Source of the DNA: Candidatus Obscuribacteraceae bacterium
GTDB lineage: Bacteria > Cyanobacteriota > Vampirovibrionia > Obscuribacterales > Obscuribacteraceae
Assembly: GCA_044229845.1 (NCBI GenBank)
Contig: JBGASG010000002.1
Span: forward strand, 352,001 to 416,000
Reading direction: 5' to 3'
Length of the DNA stretch: 64,000 nt
Below the pieces are notes generated by a model, which saw only the letters and a list, made by a program, of their open reading frames with translations, did no database searches and was not told the DNA's origin. The position numbers and the translations under genes were made by a program. Shown here piece by piece: positions 33,160-43,396 of the stretch (position 1 is its first letter; every line of letters starts with the position of its first letter).

Positions 33160-34062
33160 TCACCCGCCCTGTCCGCCGAACAATTTGTTGACTGCGTTGA
33201 CAGCCGTCGATTGGTAGTAGTTTTCGATGCGGTGTCCCGCCACCATCCCGGCCAGGTTATCGGCTACCAGTCCCGTGCCCACCGAGCCAGCCACAGTAGC
33301 ACCCACCTGTTGCCCCCAGGTACCTTCACGTGTCAGCACATAACCAACGCCGGCACCGATGGCTCCACCGGCGTACTTGACCCACCACGTATCCTGATGC
33401 ACCTGCTGTTTGAAGTAAGCATCATGCATGTAGTAATGCATGGCGTCGCCGTTGGCCACATTGACGGCATCGGTCCACGAGATGCCCGTGTCATCGAAAT
33501 CAGCATGGGCAATCGTTGAGAATTGCGCCTGTGTAGCAGCGAAGACCGACTCGAAATTTGGGCGGTGCGCCTTGGCATAATCACCAACTTCATCCAACGT
33601 GAGATTGCCGTTGCCATTTTCGTCGATCTCTTTGAAGTGGACTTTCAACTCGTGAGCAGCAGCCTTTGCCTCACGCAAACTGGCATCAACCTTGAGTAAT
33701 GTGGAAAGAATGGCCAAGTCGTTATCACTTAAATCAGTCTGCTCCGCTCCATCATCTCCGAGCAACGCCACCGATTGAAAGTTGTCTCGCAGGTATTTGG
33801 CGGTCGGTGAAATATAACGGTCGTCGGAGCCAGCCATCTGATCCAGACCAGCTCTCGACATGGACTTTTGCGGTCGATTGCCTATGAAGTAATCGACCGC
33901 AGAAGGAGTCGGTTTATCCGGTACTGGCAATGCCGCACCGGGAGCCGGACTGTTGTCCGCCACCAGATATGGAATGAGCTTGGCGTGATCGATGTCTGTT
34001 ACAGTCGCCGGAAACAGCGCAGGATGATCTGCGCGCTGCAATGCAGCCGCTTTGTCGCTCAT
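33160..34062 (-). CDS. Hypothetical protein with EF-hand-like loops and a C-terminal glycine zipper
   Basis: DENGNGNLTLDEV; GGAIGAGVG...GATVAGSVGTG. Confidence 0.65.
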   Translation of the reverse strand: MSDKAAALQRADHPALFPATVTDIDHAKLIPYLVADNSPAPGAALPVPDKPTPSAVDYFIGNRPQKSMSRAGLDQMAGSDDRYISPTAKYLRDNFQSVALLGDDGAEQTDLSDNDLAILSTLLKVDASLREAKAAAHELKVHFKEIDENGNGNLTLDEVGDYAKAHRPNFESVFAATQAQFSTIAHADFDDTGISWTDAVNVANGDAMHYYMHDAYFKQQVHQDTWWVKYAGGAIGAGVGYVLTREGTWGQQVGATVAGSVGTGLVADNLAGMVAGHRIENYYQSTAVNAVNKLFGGQGG

Positions 34063-34311
34063 GATGAGTTCCCCCAGGAGTCGATGCAGACGAGATTGCT
34101 CTCGCCGGCTCTGCCGTTGCCACCAGGATATGGTCGATCAGATTTACCCTCAGCGACGAATTTCTGGACGCGTTGGCGTTTTCCTCAGTGGGGCTCTCAC
34201 GTATGAGGACGCAAAAGTGCCGCCCCCACGGGCACCCGGGAACCGTCCCGCTGCCTCTTCCGTCACCAAACTCGGCATTGAGGACAACGTAGGGTTTAGT
34301 AGGGTCTATTT

Positions 34312-34982
34312 ATGATCAGTCAATTGAGAGCAATCTGGTGGCTCATCCTGTTGCTCATGCTAATCGGAACGCCCAGCTGGTCTGTCTGTGATCCCGATAC
34401 AGCCATATGCCGAATATCAGCTCACCTGCACGATGCCGAACTCGACATTCGAGCCGGGTCCGGACGCACCACCCAAGCGCAGTTAGATACCGCTGTGTTG
34501 GCTCTGCAGGTCGAGGAAGCGCGACTTTTCTATGCAAAGAAACTCGGTCTGAAAGCAGAAGGTATCGCATCTGAGACCGAGGTGATGAAGGCGCGCCTCG
34601 CCTACGAAAAGAGTCAGCTGCAACTGGCAGCCAAAAGAAACATGGTGAAACAAGCACTGTCCGCGATTCAGAAACAGCGCGGTCTGGCGGACAATCTGTC
34701 GAGCCGGTATCACGCGCAGTTAGCACGCCGAGGCGACCTGCCGCTGCAAGGCAACCAAGATGACATTTTCTATTAAGCACCGTTTCCGGTGGCATGGATG
34801 TCCAGGGAAAAACGCCTGGAGCAATCGATTTACAAGACAAAGAACAGGTGCAAAAGATCTACACCCACAAGCAGGTTCTGGTAGCGCGAATGAAGGCGGC
34901 CGATGCAACCTCCAAAGCTATGGAACTATTGCGCAAAACCGGCGACATGTCGGCGGTTTTGCGCAATGGGTGGCATCGGTAA
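34312..34982 (+). pseudogene. Exported coiled-coil protein, possibly fragmented (ORFs 34312-34776 and 34794-34982)
   Basis: Signal-peptide-like start; helical KAEGIASETEVMKARL segment echoed by ELLRKTGDMSAV in the downstream short ORF after a stop and a frame change. Confidence 0.4.
34928..34967. repeat. 40-bp near-perfect loopless palindrome
   Basis: ATTGCGCAAAACCGGCGACATGTCGGCGGTTTTGCGCAAT; only one mismatched pair. Confidence 0.85.
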
Positions 34983-35190
34983 AGATGCCGGTGCCAGCGA
35001 ATAGAATCCGCCGAAACAATCAAGCCGACACCATTTCCAGCTGGCCGCCCCGCCTCGTTCATTGCCCGGGACTGTGCTTCGCGCTCGGCGACCGGCGCAA
35101 CCGGCTCGACGCAAGCCAATGAAGTCGGTTAGCCGAGTTCTGTGCAATGGGATAAGAGTGTTCATCCGCTGCGGCAGGTTTCTGGACGCG

Positions 35191-35222
35191 CAAAGAAAAG
35201 AGCCGGGAGGACCCGGCTCTTT
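35191..35222 (-). terminator. Rho-independent terminator of groESL
   Basis: Minus strand AAAGAGCCGGG-TCCT-CCCGGCTCTTT followed by TCTTTG. Confidence 0.85.
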
Positions 35223-35254
35223 GAGGTCTTTAGGTCTCTACGATCAGCAGGTGT

Positions 35255-36892
<1,638 letters not shown>

Positions 36893-36990
36893 CTACTTCA
36901 ATATGAAGGTAACTCTGTTCAGTTTTTTCAGTTCAGATCAGTTCAGATCGAGTGAATTGGGGTTGAGCGGTATTACCAGCGATGCTTCGA

Positions 36991-37305
36991 CTATGAACCG
37001 AAGACTGCCAGAATGTCGCGCTCAGCCATGATCAGGTATTCAACGCCGTCAATTTTGACTTCGGTGCCCGAATACTTGGCGAACAAAACTTTGTCACCAA
37101 CCTTCAGTTCCATCGGTTGACGGGCGCCCTTGTCGTCGAAACGACCGGGACCAACAGCGAGGACTTCGCCCTGCTGCGGTTTTTCTTTAGCGGTATCCGG
37201 CAGGACGATCCCGCCAGCGGTTTTTTCTTCAGCGTCGAGTTTCTTGACGACGACGCGGTCGGCCAGGGGCTTCAGGTTCAATTTTGTAGCAGATGCAGTA
37301 GCCAA
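36991..37305 (-). CDS. groES: Co-chaperonin GroES
   Basis: [21 protein letters not shown] and KYSGTEV; AAGGAGG RBS before TTG at 37305. Confidence 0.96.
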   Translation of the reverse strand: MATASATKLNLKPLADRVVVKKLDAEEKTAGGIVLPDTAKEKPQQGEVLAVGPGRFDDKGARQPMELKVGDKVLFAKYSGTEVKIDGVEYLIMAERDILAVFGS

Positions 37306-37502
37306 TGGTATAACCTCCTTCACGTTGTTATCCATTTCATGCGCGTAAGTGCCGCCACGCCAGTTGAACGAATGCGGAGAGCACTCACTTTTCCATCATG
37401 GAGTTTATCTAGCTAATCGCCATCTATGGGCGGTTTTGCCACTTTTCTTAAGGTTTTTGGGGGTGGCTGAGCAGTGCGCTGAGTCGCCGCTTGTCTACGC
37501 CG

Positions 37503-37596
37503 AAGCGATATCACTTGAGCGCGAAGCATCCTGAACAACCCAAAGTGATATCACTTGGGCATGTAGATTCGACGTCCAGCCGAAGCGATATCGCTA
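37503..37596. repeat. Three copies of the GATATC palindrome at an exact 40-bp period
   Basis: AAGCGATATCACTT (37503), AAGTGATATCACTT (37543), AAGCGATATCGCTA (37583). Confidence 0.88.
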
Positions 37597-37602
37597 TCGG
37601 TG

Positions 37603-39276
37603 CTAGCTGTCGGACTTCTTCTTGCCGGATCCCCACCCGGGCATGGCCCGCATCCAGGGGGCATACTCGGCAGGTACTCCCAACCCGGCCTTCAGCTTTG
37701 ATTGCTTCTCGCTGACAACAGCCAGCTTGGCTTCTCGGGCCAGGTCAGCCCACGCAATCGGTCCGGTTGGAGTTTGAGTTTCTGCCTCGGCCACTTTGAC
37801 CCGGTCACGTCCTTCATACTTGGCTACATCTAGAGCTTCCTCAGCCAGGTTGAGCAACTTGACTGCCGACTCGGCAATCTCCGGGAACGCAGCCATGCCG
37901 ATGGAGACGGTCACCATGCCAATCCCCGGCACGGGATTGCTTTTAATTGTGTGACGCAGACGCTCCGCCACATCGGCGGCATTCTGCTTGGGAGTCTCAG
38001 GCAGCAAGATGGCGAACTCCTCGGCGCCGTAGCGAGCAGGCACATCAATGTCGCGCAGGGCACCCTTAATCACTTTCGCTACATGCCTGATGACTTCGTC
38101 GCCACGCTCCTGTCCGAGCAGTTCGTTGACACGAGACAAATGATCAATGTCCAACAAAAGCAAGGACAGGGAGTGTTTGTGACGGGCAGAACGCTCGATT
38201 TCGCGAGCGAACGCCTCTTCGAAGTGCCATCTGTTGTAGAGGGAGGTGTGGGCATCTTGGATGGTTTGTGCAGTTGCCGACTCGTGGGTGAGCGCCACGT
38301 GCAAAGCCGTGCTTGTCTGAGCGGCAAGCGATTCGAGAAGTTCGAGTTGTTCACGGTGGAACGCCCGTGATTCCTGGGCGAACAGCATGATCACGCCCAG
38401 CGGCTCGTTGCCGGCTACAAGAGGGGTCGCCACCACCGATCCAAATGTGCCACCACCCGGTGCCATCGGCAGGTCACCCGAGTAGGAGCTGGCATCGGAT
38501 ACATATTCGGTCTTGCCGGCCACAAGCGCGCCGCCGGCGATGGTGTTTTCGACATTCAGTTTGAAGGTGTGGAAACTATTGCCGTCCAATCCTTTGAAAG
38601 CAGCCAACGTGAATGTGCGCAACTTCGGATCTACTAAGAGGACAGCGCAATGAGGCGTATTGGCCAGGATCAACGAAGTGTCTGCTGCGATTTGCAGCAC
38701 TTCTGCGATGCGCAGAGTACTTCCGGAAAGTGACACCGAAGTACGGTACAACGTCGCCAAGCGCTCTCGCTCGTATTCGCTGCGTCCAAAAAGGATCGCG
38801 TTGGCGACGGCAATTGCAGTCAAGTCAGCTAGATTCTGGAAAAAGTCCAGTTGGTCGATCAGCGAGATATCGCTGACATCCATCTGCACAGCGCCCACTA
38901 AGAGGTTGCCGGCAATCAGCGGCAGTCCCAACTGAGCGACGGAGTTCTCTCGCTTCATGATTGAGATACTGATATCGGGAGCATCGCCGGCGTGGACAGC
39001 GGCACCCTGACGGCGTTGCACAACGTGCTTCAGCAATGTCTCCGCCGTGAAAGAGAGGATTCGCATCTGCTCGATGGACGCATCGGTATAGCCGTACGCA
39101 TTCATCAACTTGAGGGACAAACTCTCGTTGTCGGAGAGGAAAATCGCTACTTTCGCGCCGCCACCCAGTTCGGCAAACTGCGCCAGCGAAGCTTCCAGAA
39201 CGTCTTTCAATCGCAAGGAAGCAAAGAGTGTCTTCTGCAATGTGAGCAGTCTAGGCAGAAGCGTTTCGGTGATCAT
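37603..39276 (-). CDS. GAF-GAF-GGDEF protein with degenerate active site (GAEEF)
   Basis: Two GAF-like regions; LLLDIDH and RDIDVPARYGAEEF; start set at ATG 39276. Confidence 0.85.
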   Translation of the reverse strand: MITETLLPRLLTLQKTLFASLRLKDVLEASLAQFAELGGGAKVAIFLSDNESLSLKLMNAYGYTDASIEQMRILSFTAETLLKHVVQRRQGAAVHAGDAPDISISIMKRENSVAQLGLPLIAGNLLVGAVQMDVSDISLIDQLDFFQNLADLTAIAVANAILFGRSEYERERLATLYRTSVSLSGSTLRIAEVLQIAADTSLILANTPHCAVLLVDPKLRTFTLAAFKGLDGNSFHTFKLNVENTIAGGALVAGKTEYVSDASSYSGDLPMAPGGGTFGSVVATPLVAGNEPLGVIMLFAQESRAFHREQLELLESLAAQTSTALHVALTHESATAQTIQDAHTSLYNRWHFEEAFAREIERSARHKHSLSLLLLDIDHLSRVNELLGQERGDEVIRHVAKVIKGALRDIDVPARYGAEEFAILLPETPKQNAADVAERLRHTIKSNPVPGIGMVTVSIGMAAFPEIAESAVKLLNLAEEALDVAKYEGRDRVKVAEAETQTPTGPIAWADLAREAKLAVVSEKQSKLKAGLGVPAEYAPWMRAMPGWGSGKKKSDS

Positions 39277-39307
39277 GGCGTCATAGCCTCGACAAGTAGT
39301 AAGTGTC

Positions 39308-39321
39308 AAACGATATCGCTT
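39308..39321. promoter_or_regulatory. Palindromic motif AAACGATATCGCTT (single copy)
   Basis: Between the divergent GGDEF and HIT genes; shares the CTTGAG flank with other copies. Confidence 0.65.
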
Positions 39322-39387
39322 GAGCGATCCCCGCTGAAGGACCACAAAGTACCATAAACTAAACGCTGGACGAGGGAGGTTTCACAA

Positions 39388-39732
39388 GTGGAGAGAGATT
39401 CCAACTGCATCTTCTGCAAAATCATCAATAAGGAGATCCCTGGCAAATTTGCCCTGGAGAATGAAGAGTATGTCGCGCTTTACGACATCAACCCACAGGC
39501 TCCAACTCACGCTTTGATCATTCCCCGTCAACATGTGAGAAATATCACCGAGTTTAAGGATGCCGCATCGCTCGGCAAGTTGTTCCAGGCAGCGAACGAA
39601 CTTGTGGAAATGCACAAGTTGCAGGATGGCTTCCGGCTGGTCGTAAACACGGGCGACAACGGTGGGCAGACGGTCGATCATTTGCACATTCATTTATTAG
39701 GTGGTCGAGGACTCTCCTGGCCTCCGGGATGA
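39388..39732 (+). CDS. HIT family nucleotide hydrolase (Hint-like)
   Basis: CIFCKII, DINPQAPTH, GQTVDHLHIHLLGGR and WPPG; GGAGG RBS. Confidence 0.93.
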   Translation: MERDSNCIFCKIINKEIPGKFALENEEYVALYDINPQAPTHALIIPRQHVRNITEFKDAASLGKLFQAANELVEMHKLQDGFRLVVNTGDNGGQTVDHLHIHLLGGRGLSWPPG

Positions 39733-39992
39733 CGACCGGCTTGGGGCGGGGTTCGGCAAAGGTCGACGTAGAGTTTCTTTAGCTTTTATATAGATTTTGC
39801 ACCCCTTAGATATCCCCCGAGAGGCGCAGCCGGTCGCGAAAATCGAACTTTGTAAAGTAGCAACCAAAAGTCCAGTTTTTAACTCTTCCGTGTGGGTATA
39901 AAGAATCCAAGAGGAACGCGTTGCGTTGGAACCCGCCGGAAAACTAACGATTTAGCGTATCCATCACCGGAAACCGGCATGGGAGACGGAAA

Positions 39993-40217
39993 ATGTCTAC
40001 TGCTACACAGCAAAGAGATCAGGTGCTCTGGATGGCCGATTGCTACTCGCTAGCAAAACGCTTTCCGAATCCGCATACCTGGCTGGCGCTGCTCGAGCCG
40101 CTTGAACAGGGCGGCGAGAAGGGCAGAGAGTCCATCAATCCGTTTCACTACTGGCTCTGGATGGAGATCTGGAAGGCAGCGCAACCGGAGAGCGAAGACT
40201 CGCCACTGAATAACTGA
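39993..40217 (+). CDS. Hypothetical protein, 74 aa, Trp-rich
   Basis: GGGAG RBS; followed immediately by a strong terminator. Confidence 0.65.
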   Translation: MSTATQQRDQVLWMADCYSLAKRFPNPHTWLALLEPLEQGGEKGRESINPFHYWLWMEIWKAAQPESEDSPLNN

Positions 40218-40220
40218 GGC

Positions 40221-40252
40221 AACGGGTCGGCTACGCCGACCCGTTCTTCTTT
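40221..40252 (+). terminator. Rho-independent terminator
   Basis: AACGGGTCGGC-TAC-GCCGACCCGTT followed by CTTCTTT. Confidence 0.85.
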
Positions 40253-40288
40253 AGCGGCCGTTCTTTAGCGGCCGTTCTTTAGCGGCCG
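40247..40288. repeat. 14-bp tandem repeat x3 (TTCTTTAGCGGCCG)
   Basis: Exact copies at 40247, 40261 and 40275 at a convergent junction. Confidence 0.9.
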
Positions 40289-40312
40289 TTCTCGTTTGCG
40301 GCCTTGCATGCT

Positions 40313-41344
40313 CTACGCGCGAGCACTCACAGGCGGATGCACGCAAATGTCGCTTTTGTGTTCTTTATCGTTGTCGACATCACAACAGACAATCGAATCA
40401 ACGACCTGCGCCTTGGCGCCGACGCGGCATCCCGACCAGATCACCGAGTCGCTGACATGCGCGCCGGCTTCGATCACGCAACCGTCACCGACCACGACCG
40501 TGCCACTTAATACGACACCACGGTCGATGCGCGTGCCGCGGCCGATGATCGCTCTGCCTTGAATAGATCCCTCGATAACGGCGCCATCGGCAACGTATCC
40601 ATACGGCTTCTCCGTGCCGGCGATAGCCAGTTTCACACGGCTGTGGGCGGCATCGAAGTTAGATAAGCGGTATTGCTTGAGCGTGCCGACATCCGACCAG
40701 TAAGTGGGGATATCGACTGCCAGAACAGGCAACCCGGCATTGACCAGAGATGGAAACAGTTGGCGTCCAAAGCCGTAGGTACCTTCCTTCGGCATATGGT
40801 CGAAGACTTCCGGTTCCAGCACATAGATTCCGGTGGAGGCATTTTTTGAAAGCGCGTCCTCTGCTTTGGGTTTCTCCTGAAAGCCTTTAATAAAGCCATC
40901 GGCATCGGTCACCACCACGCCGAATTGGCTGACGTCGTCCACTTGTTTCGTGCCGATAGAGGCCAGCGCGCGCTTGCGTTTGTGTTCGGCGATGATGTTA
41001 GTCAGGTCGGCATCGGTGAGCAGATCGCCCATCAGAATTATGCAGGTGTCGTCGCCCAGGAAGTCGCGGCAGGCCCGCACTCCGCCTGCGTCGCCGGTCA
41101 GCTCCTTCTCTTCTTTGAAGTGCAGCTGCACACCAAATTCGCTGCCATCGCCGAAGTAGTCGCGAATCATGTCTGGAAGATAATGCAGGTTGGCAGCGAT
41201 GTCGGTGATGCCATGTTTCTTCAACAGATTGATGATGTGCTCCATCACAGGGCGGTTGGCAACCGGCACCAGCGGCTTGGGGACTTGTCCGGTGACCGGA
41301 TCTAAACGGGATCCTACGCCGGCCGCCAGAACCATTGCTTTCAT
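40313..41344 (-). CDS. NDP-sugar pyrophosphorylase (mannose-1-phosphate guanylyltransferase-like) with beta-helix tail
   Basis: MKAMVLAAGVGSRL, PKPLVPV, FQEKP and WSDVGT; hexapeptide repeats. Confidence 0.9.
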   Translation of the reverse strand: MKAMVLAAGVGSRLDPVTGQVPKPLVPVANRPVMEHIINLLKKHGITDIAANLHYLPDMIRDYFGDGSEFGVQLHFKEEKELTGDAGGVRACRDFLGDDTCIILMGDLLTDADLTNIIAEHKRKRALASIGTKQVDDVSQFGVVVTDADGFIKGFQEKPKAEDALSKNASTGIYVLEPEVFDHMPKEGTYGFGRQLFPSLVNAGLPVLAVDIPTYWSDVGTLKQYRLSNFDAAHSRVKLAIAGTEKPYGYVADGAVIEGSIQGRAIIGRGTRIDRGVVLSGTVVVGDGCVIEAGAHVSDSVIWSGCRVGAKAQVVDSIVCCDVDNDKEHKSDICVHPPVSARA

Positions 41345-42840
41345 TTCGTACCTGCTCCTTTCTGTTTCCTTGCGCCACCATAAGTGACACCGAGTTCGTT
41401 GTTCGCGCCGCTATTTACGCCGGCGATGCGCGGCTTGAATAGCGGTAGACGCTCTTGATCGCTCGATAATTTCTCCTGCGCGCGAGTCAGTGCAAATTCC
41501 ACCTGATCTTTCGAACTGCCACCAAATGAACAGAACGATGCCACGGAATTTTCCATGGTGACAACTTGATAGATATCGTTTTCGAAGGCCGGCGAAAATT
41601 GCTGCCACTCGCTGAGAGACAGGTCCGAGAGGTACTTGCCACGCGCCTTGCAGTAATTAGTAAGCGCTTCCACGATTTTGTCGGACTTGTCCTCTGGTAT
41701 GTCCCGTGATACCAGATAATTTTTGGCATTGGCCGCATTCAACATGTCGGCGCAGGCCATTTCGCGCATGCGATTAGCATCGATCTCGATATTGGGGATC
41801 AAGACCGACGCCAGATCGAGTAACTGGCGCAGGATTTCGGCGCTCTGGAAAAGACCCGGCAGCGACTCTTGCAAATCCTGGCTGTATCCCAGTGGTATCG
41901 CCTTCAGTTGCGTCAGGTGTTCCATCAGCCGGCCGAACAAAGTGGAAGGCCGGGCGCGCAAAACTTCCAATAACTCCGGATTGCGCTTGCTGGGCATGGC
42001 TTGCGAGTCGAAAACGAATCGCTTGGGCAGCTTGACGAAACCAAATTCCTGGGTAGCCCAGAGCAAAAGCTCGGAACTCATTTGTGAGAGATGCACCCCA
42101 ATCAGCGAAGCCACCGCGCTGAACTCAATGACGAAGTCGCGGTCGGAGACAGCATCGACGCTGTTTTCGATGACATCGTCGAAGCCCAGCTCTTGTGCCA
42201 CCATAGCCCGGTCAATCGGCTCGGGGGTGCCGGCCAGGACGCAGGCACCGAGGGGCAATACATTTAAACGCCGGTAAAATTCGCTGAGGCGTTCGAAGTC
42301 GCGGCGAAATCTGGCTTCGTTGGCCAGCCACCAGTGGGACAGCAAGATGGGCAGCGCCGGCTGCATATGTGTATATCCCGGCATGACAACATCGAGGTCG
42401 CGCGTCGCCAGTTCGATCAACTGAGTGCGAATCTGCAACAGTGCCTGGAATACTTCAAAAACGGCATCGCGCAGCCAGAGCCTGACATCGGTAGCGTCCT
42501 GGTCGTTTGTTGATTTAGCTATGCGCAAAACGGCCGCCATCTCGCCGACGATTTCGTTCAGCCGCCGCTCCAGTCCTTCGTGAATATCGGCATCATCGGG
42601 ACTGATGAAATTGACGCCGTCGGCGAGTTCTCTGCCGATCTGCTCAAGCGCCCCGACAACCTGTTCGGCGTTGCCGGGGTCGACGATTCCCGTCTTGCCG
42701 AGCATGCGGACGTGCGCCATTGAAGATGCCACATCGTAGTGCAGGAGCGTACGTTCAAGGAGCGGATGCTGCCAGAAGCGGCGAACCTGGTTGAATTCTC
42801 TGGAGACTTTGTCGTTGGTCGTAGGATTGAAATCCGGCAT
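41341..42840 (-). CDS. argH: Argininosuccinate lyase-like protein (divergent)
   Basis: YDVASSMAH, MPGYTHMQ, PLGACVLAG, NSVDAVSDRDF and MPSKRNP. Confidence 0.8.
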   Translation of the reverse strand: MPDFNPTTNDKVSREFNQVRRFWQHPLLERTLLHYDVASSMAHVRMLGKTGIVDPGNAEQVVGALEQIGRELADGVNFISPDDADIHEGLERRLNEIVGEMAAVLRIAKSTNDQDATDVRLWLRDAVFEVFQALLQIRTQLIELATRDLDVVMPGYTHMQPALPILLSHWWLANEARFRRDFERLSEFYRRLNVLPLGACVLAGTPEPIDRAMVAQELGFDDVIENSVDAVSDRDFVIEFSAVASLIGVHLSQMSSELLLWATQEFGFVKLPKRFVFDSQAMPSKRNPELLEVLRARPSTLFGRLMEHLTQLKAIPLGYSQDLQESLPGLFQSAEILRQLLDLASVLIPNIEIDANRMREMACADMLNAANAKNYLVSRDIPEDKSDKIVEALTNYCKARGKYLSDLSLSEWQQFSPAFENDIYQVVTMENSVASFCSFGGSSKDQVEFALTRAQEKLSSDQERLPLFKPRIAGVNSGANNELGVTYGGARKQKGAGTK

Positions 42841-42921
42841 GACATGCGCTCTGCGCCTTGTTTAAGACGATCCGATCTTACCGCGCGCGCGCCGTCCTGT
42901 AATTGCGTCGAAATAACCAAC

Positions 42922-42944
42922 AAAAAACCGGCATCTCTGCCGGT
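42922..42944 (-). terminator. Rho-independent terminator downstream of the 35-aa ORF
   Basis: Minus strand ACCGGCA-GAGA-TGCCGGT followed by TTTTT. Confidence 0.75.
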
Positions 42945-42996
42945 CTCTCTTCTTTAGCTAGTTTCGATAATTTCGTTCGATTTGTCTTGATTTGCG

Positions 42997-43104
42997 CTAC
43001 GCAGCTTTTTTCTTGAGCAATTTTTTGATTTTCTCGACTTGCTTCATGTAGCGGGACATTTCTTGCTGATATCTCTTCTGCACTTCTTTCTCTTGTGTGG
43101 ACAT
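42997..43104 (-). CDS. Small basic helical protein, 35 aa (below ORF-track cutoff)
   Basis: MSTQEKEVQKRYQQEMSRYMKQVEKIKKLLKKKAA; purine-rich leader upstream and terminator downstream. Confidence 0.6.
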   Translation of the reverse strand: MSTQEKEVQKRYQQEMSRYMKQVEKIKKLLKKKAA

Positions 43105-43396
43105 ACTCTTTCTTCCATCCGTTCTAGATTCTTGCTTTCCTCTTCTCGCGCAGTGTCTCTTAATTGGAGTCTCCGAGTTCAGGCGGTTTTGGTTTTTGAC
43201 TTACCGCACAGCATAGCGCGCTTTGGAAAGCAGCTATACACTCAATATAAACTGTCTTTAAGTAACATGCAACACATGACAGGCTTCGGATATAGATCCG
43301 TTTTCGCCGAAACACTGACAGCGTCTGAATATCTTGTACCCAATTTGCGAGGTTTCCAGACTCATGGTCTCTGAACTTAAGACGTAGTTTTCCGCT

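Noticed and set aside
37378..37415. CIRCE operator
   Set aside because: AGCACTC is not followed after 9 nt by a GAGTGC arm
37503..37596. CRISPR array
   Set aside because: Repeats are only 14 bp and degenerate, spacers are 13-26 bp, arrays have 2-4 units and there are no cas genes in the window; reported as a palindrome family instead
42997..43104. Ribosomal protein (L33/L34/S21-type) or Arg-sensing leader peptide
   Set aside because: No matching motifs and only two Arg codons
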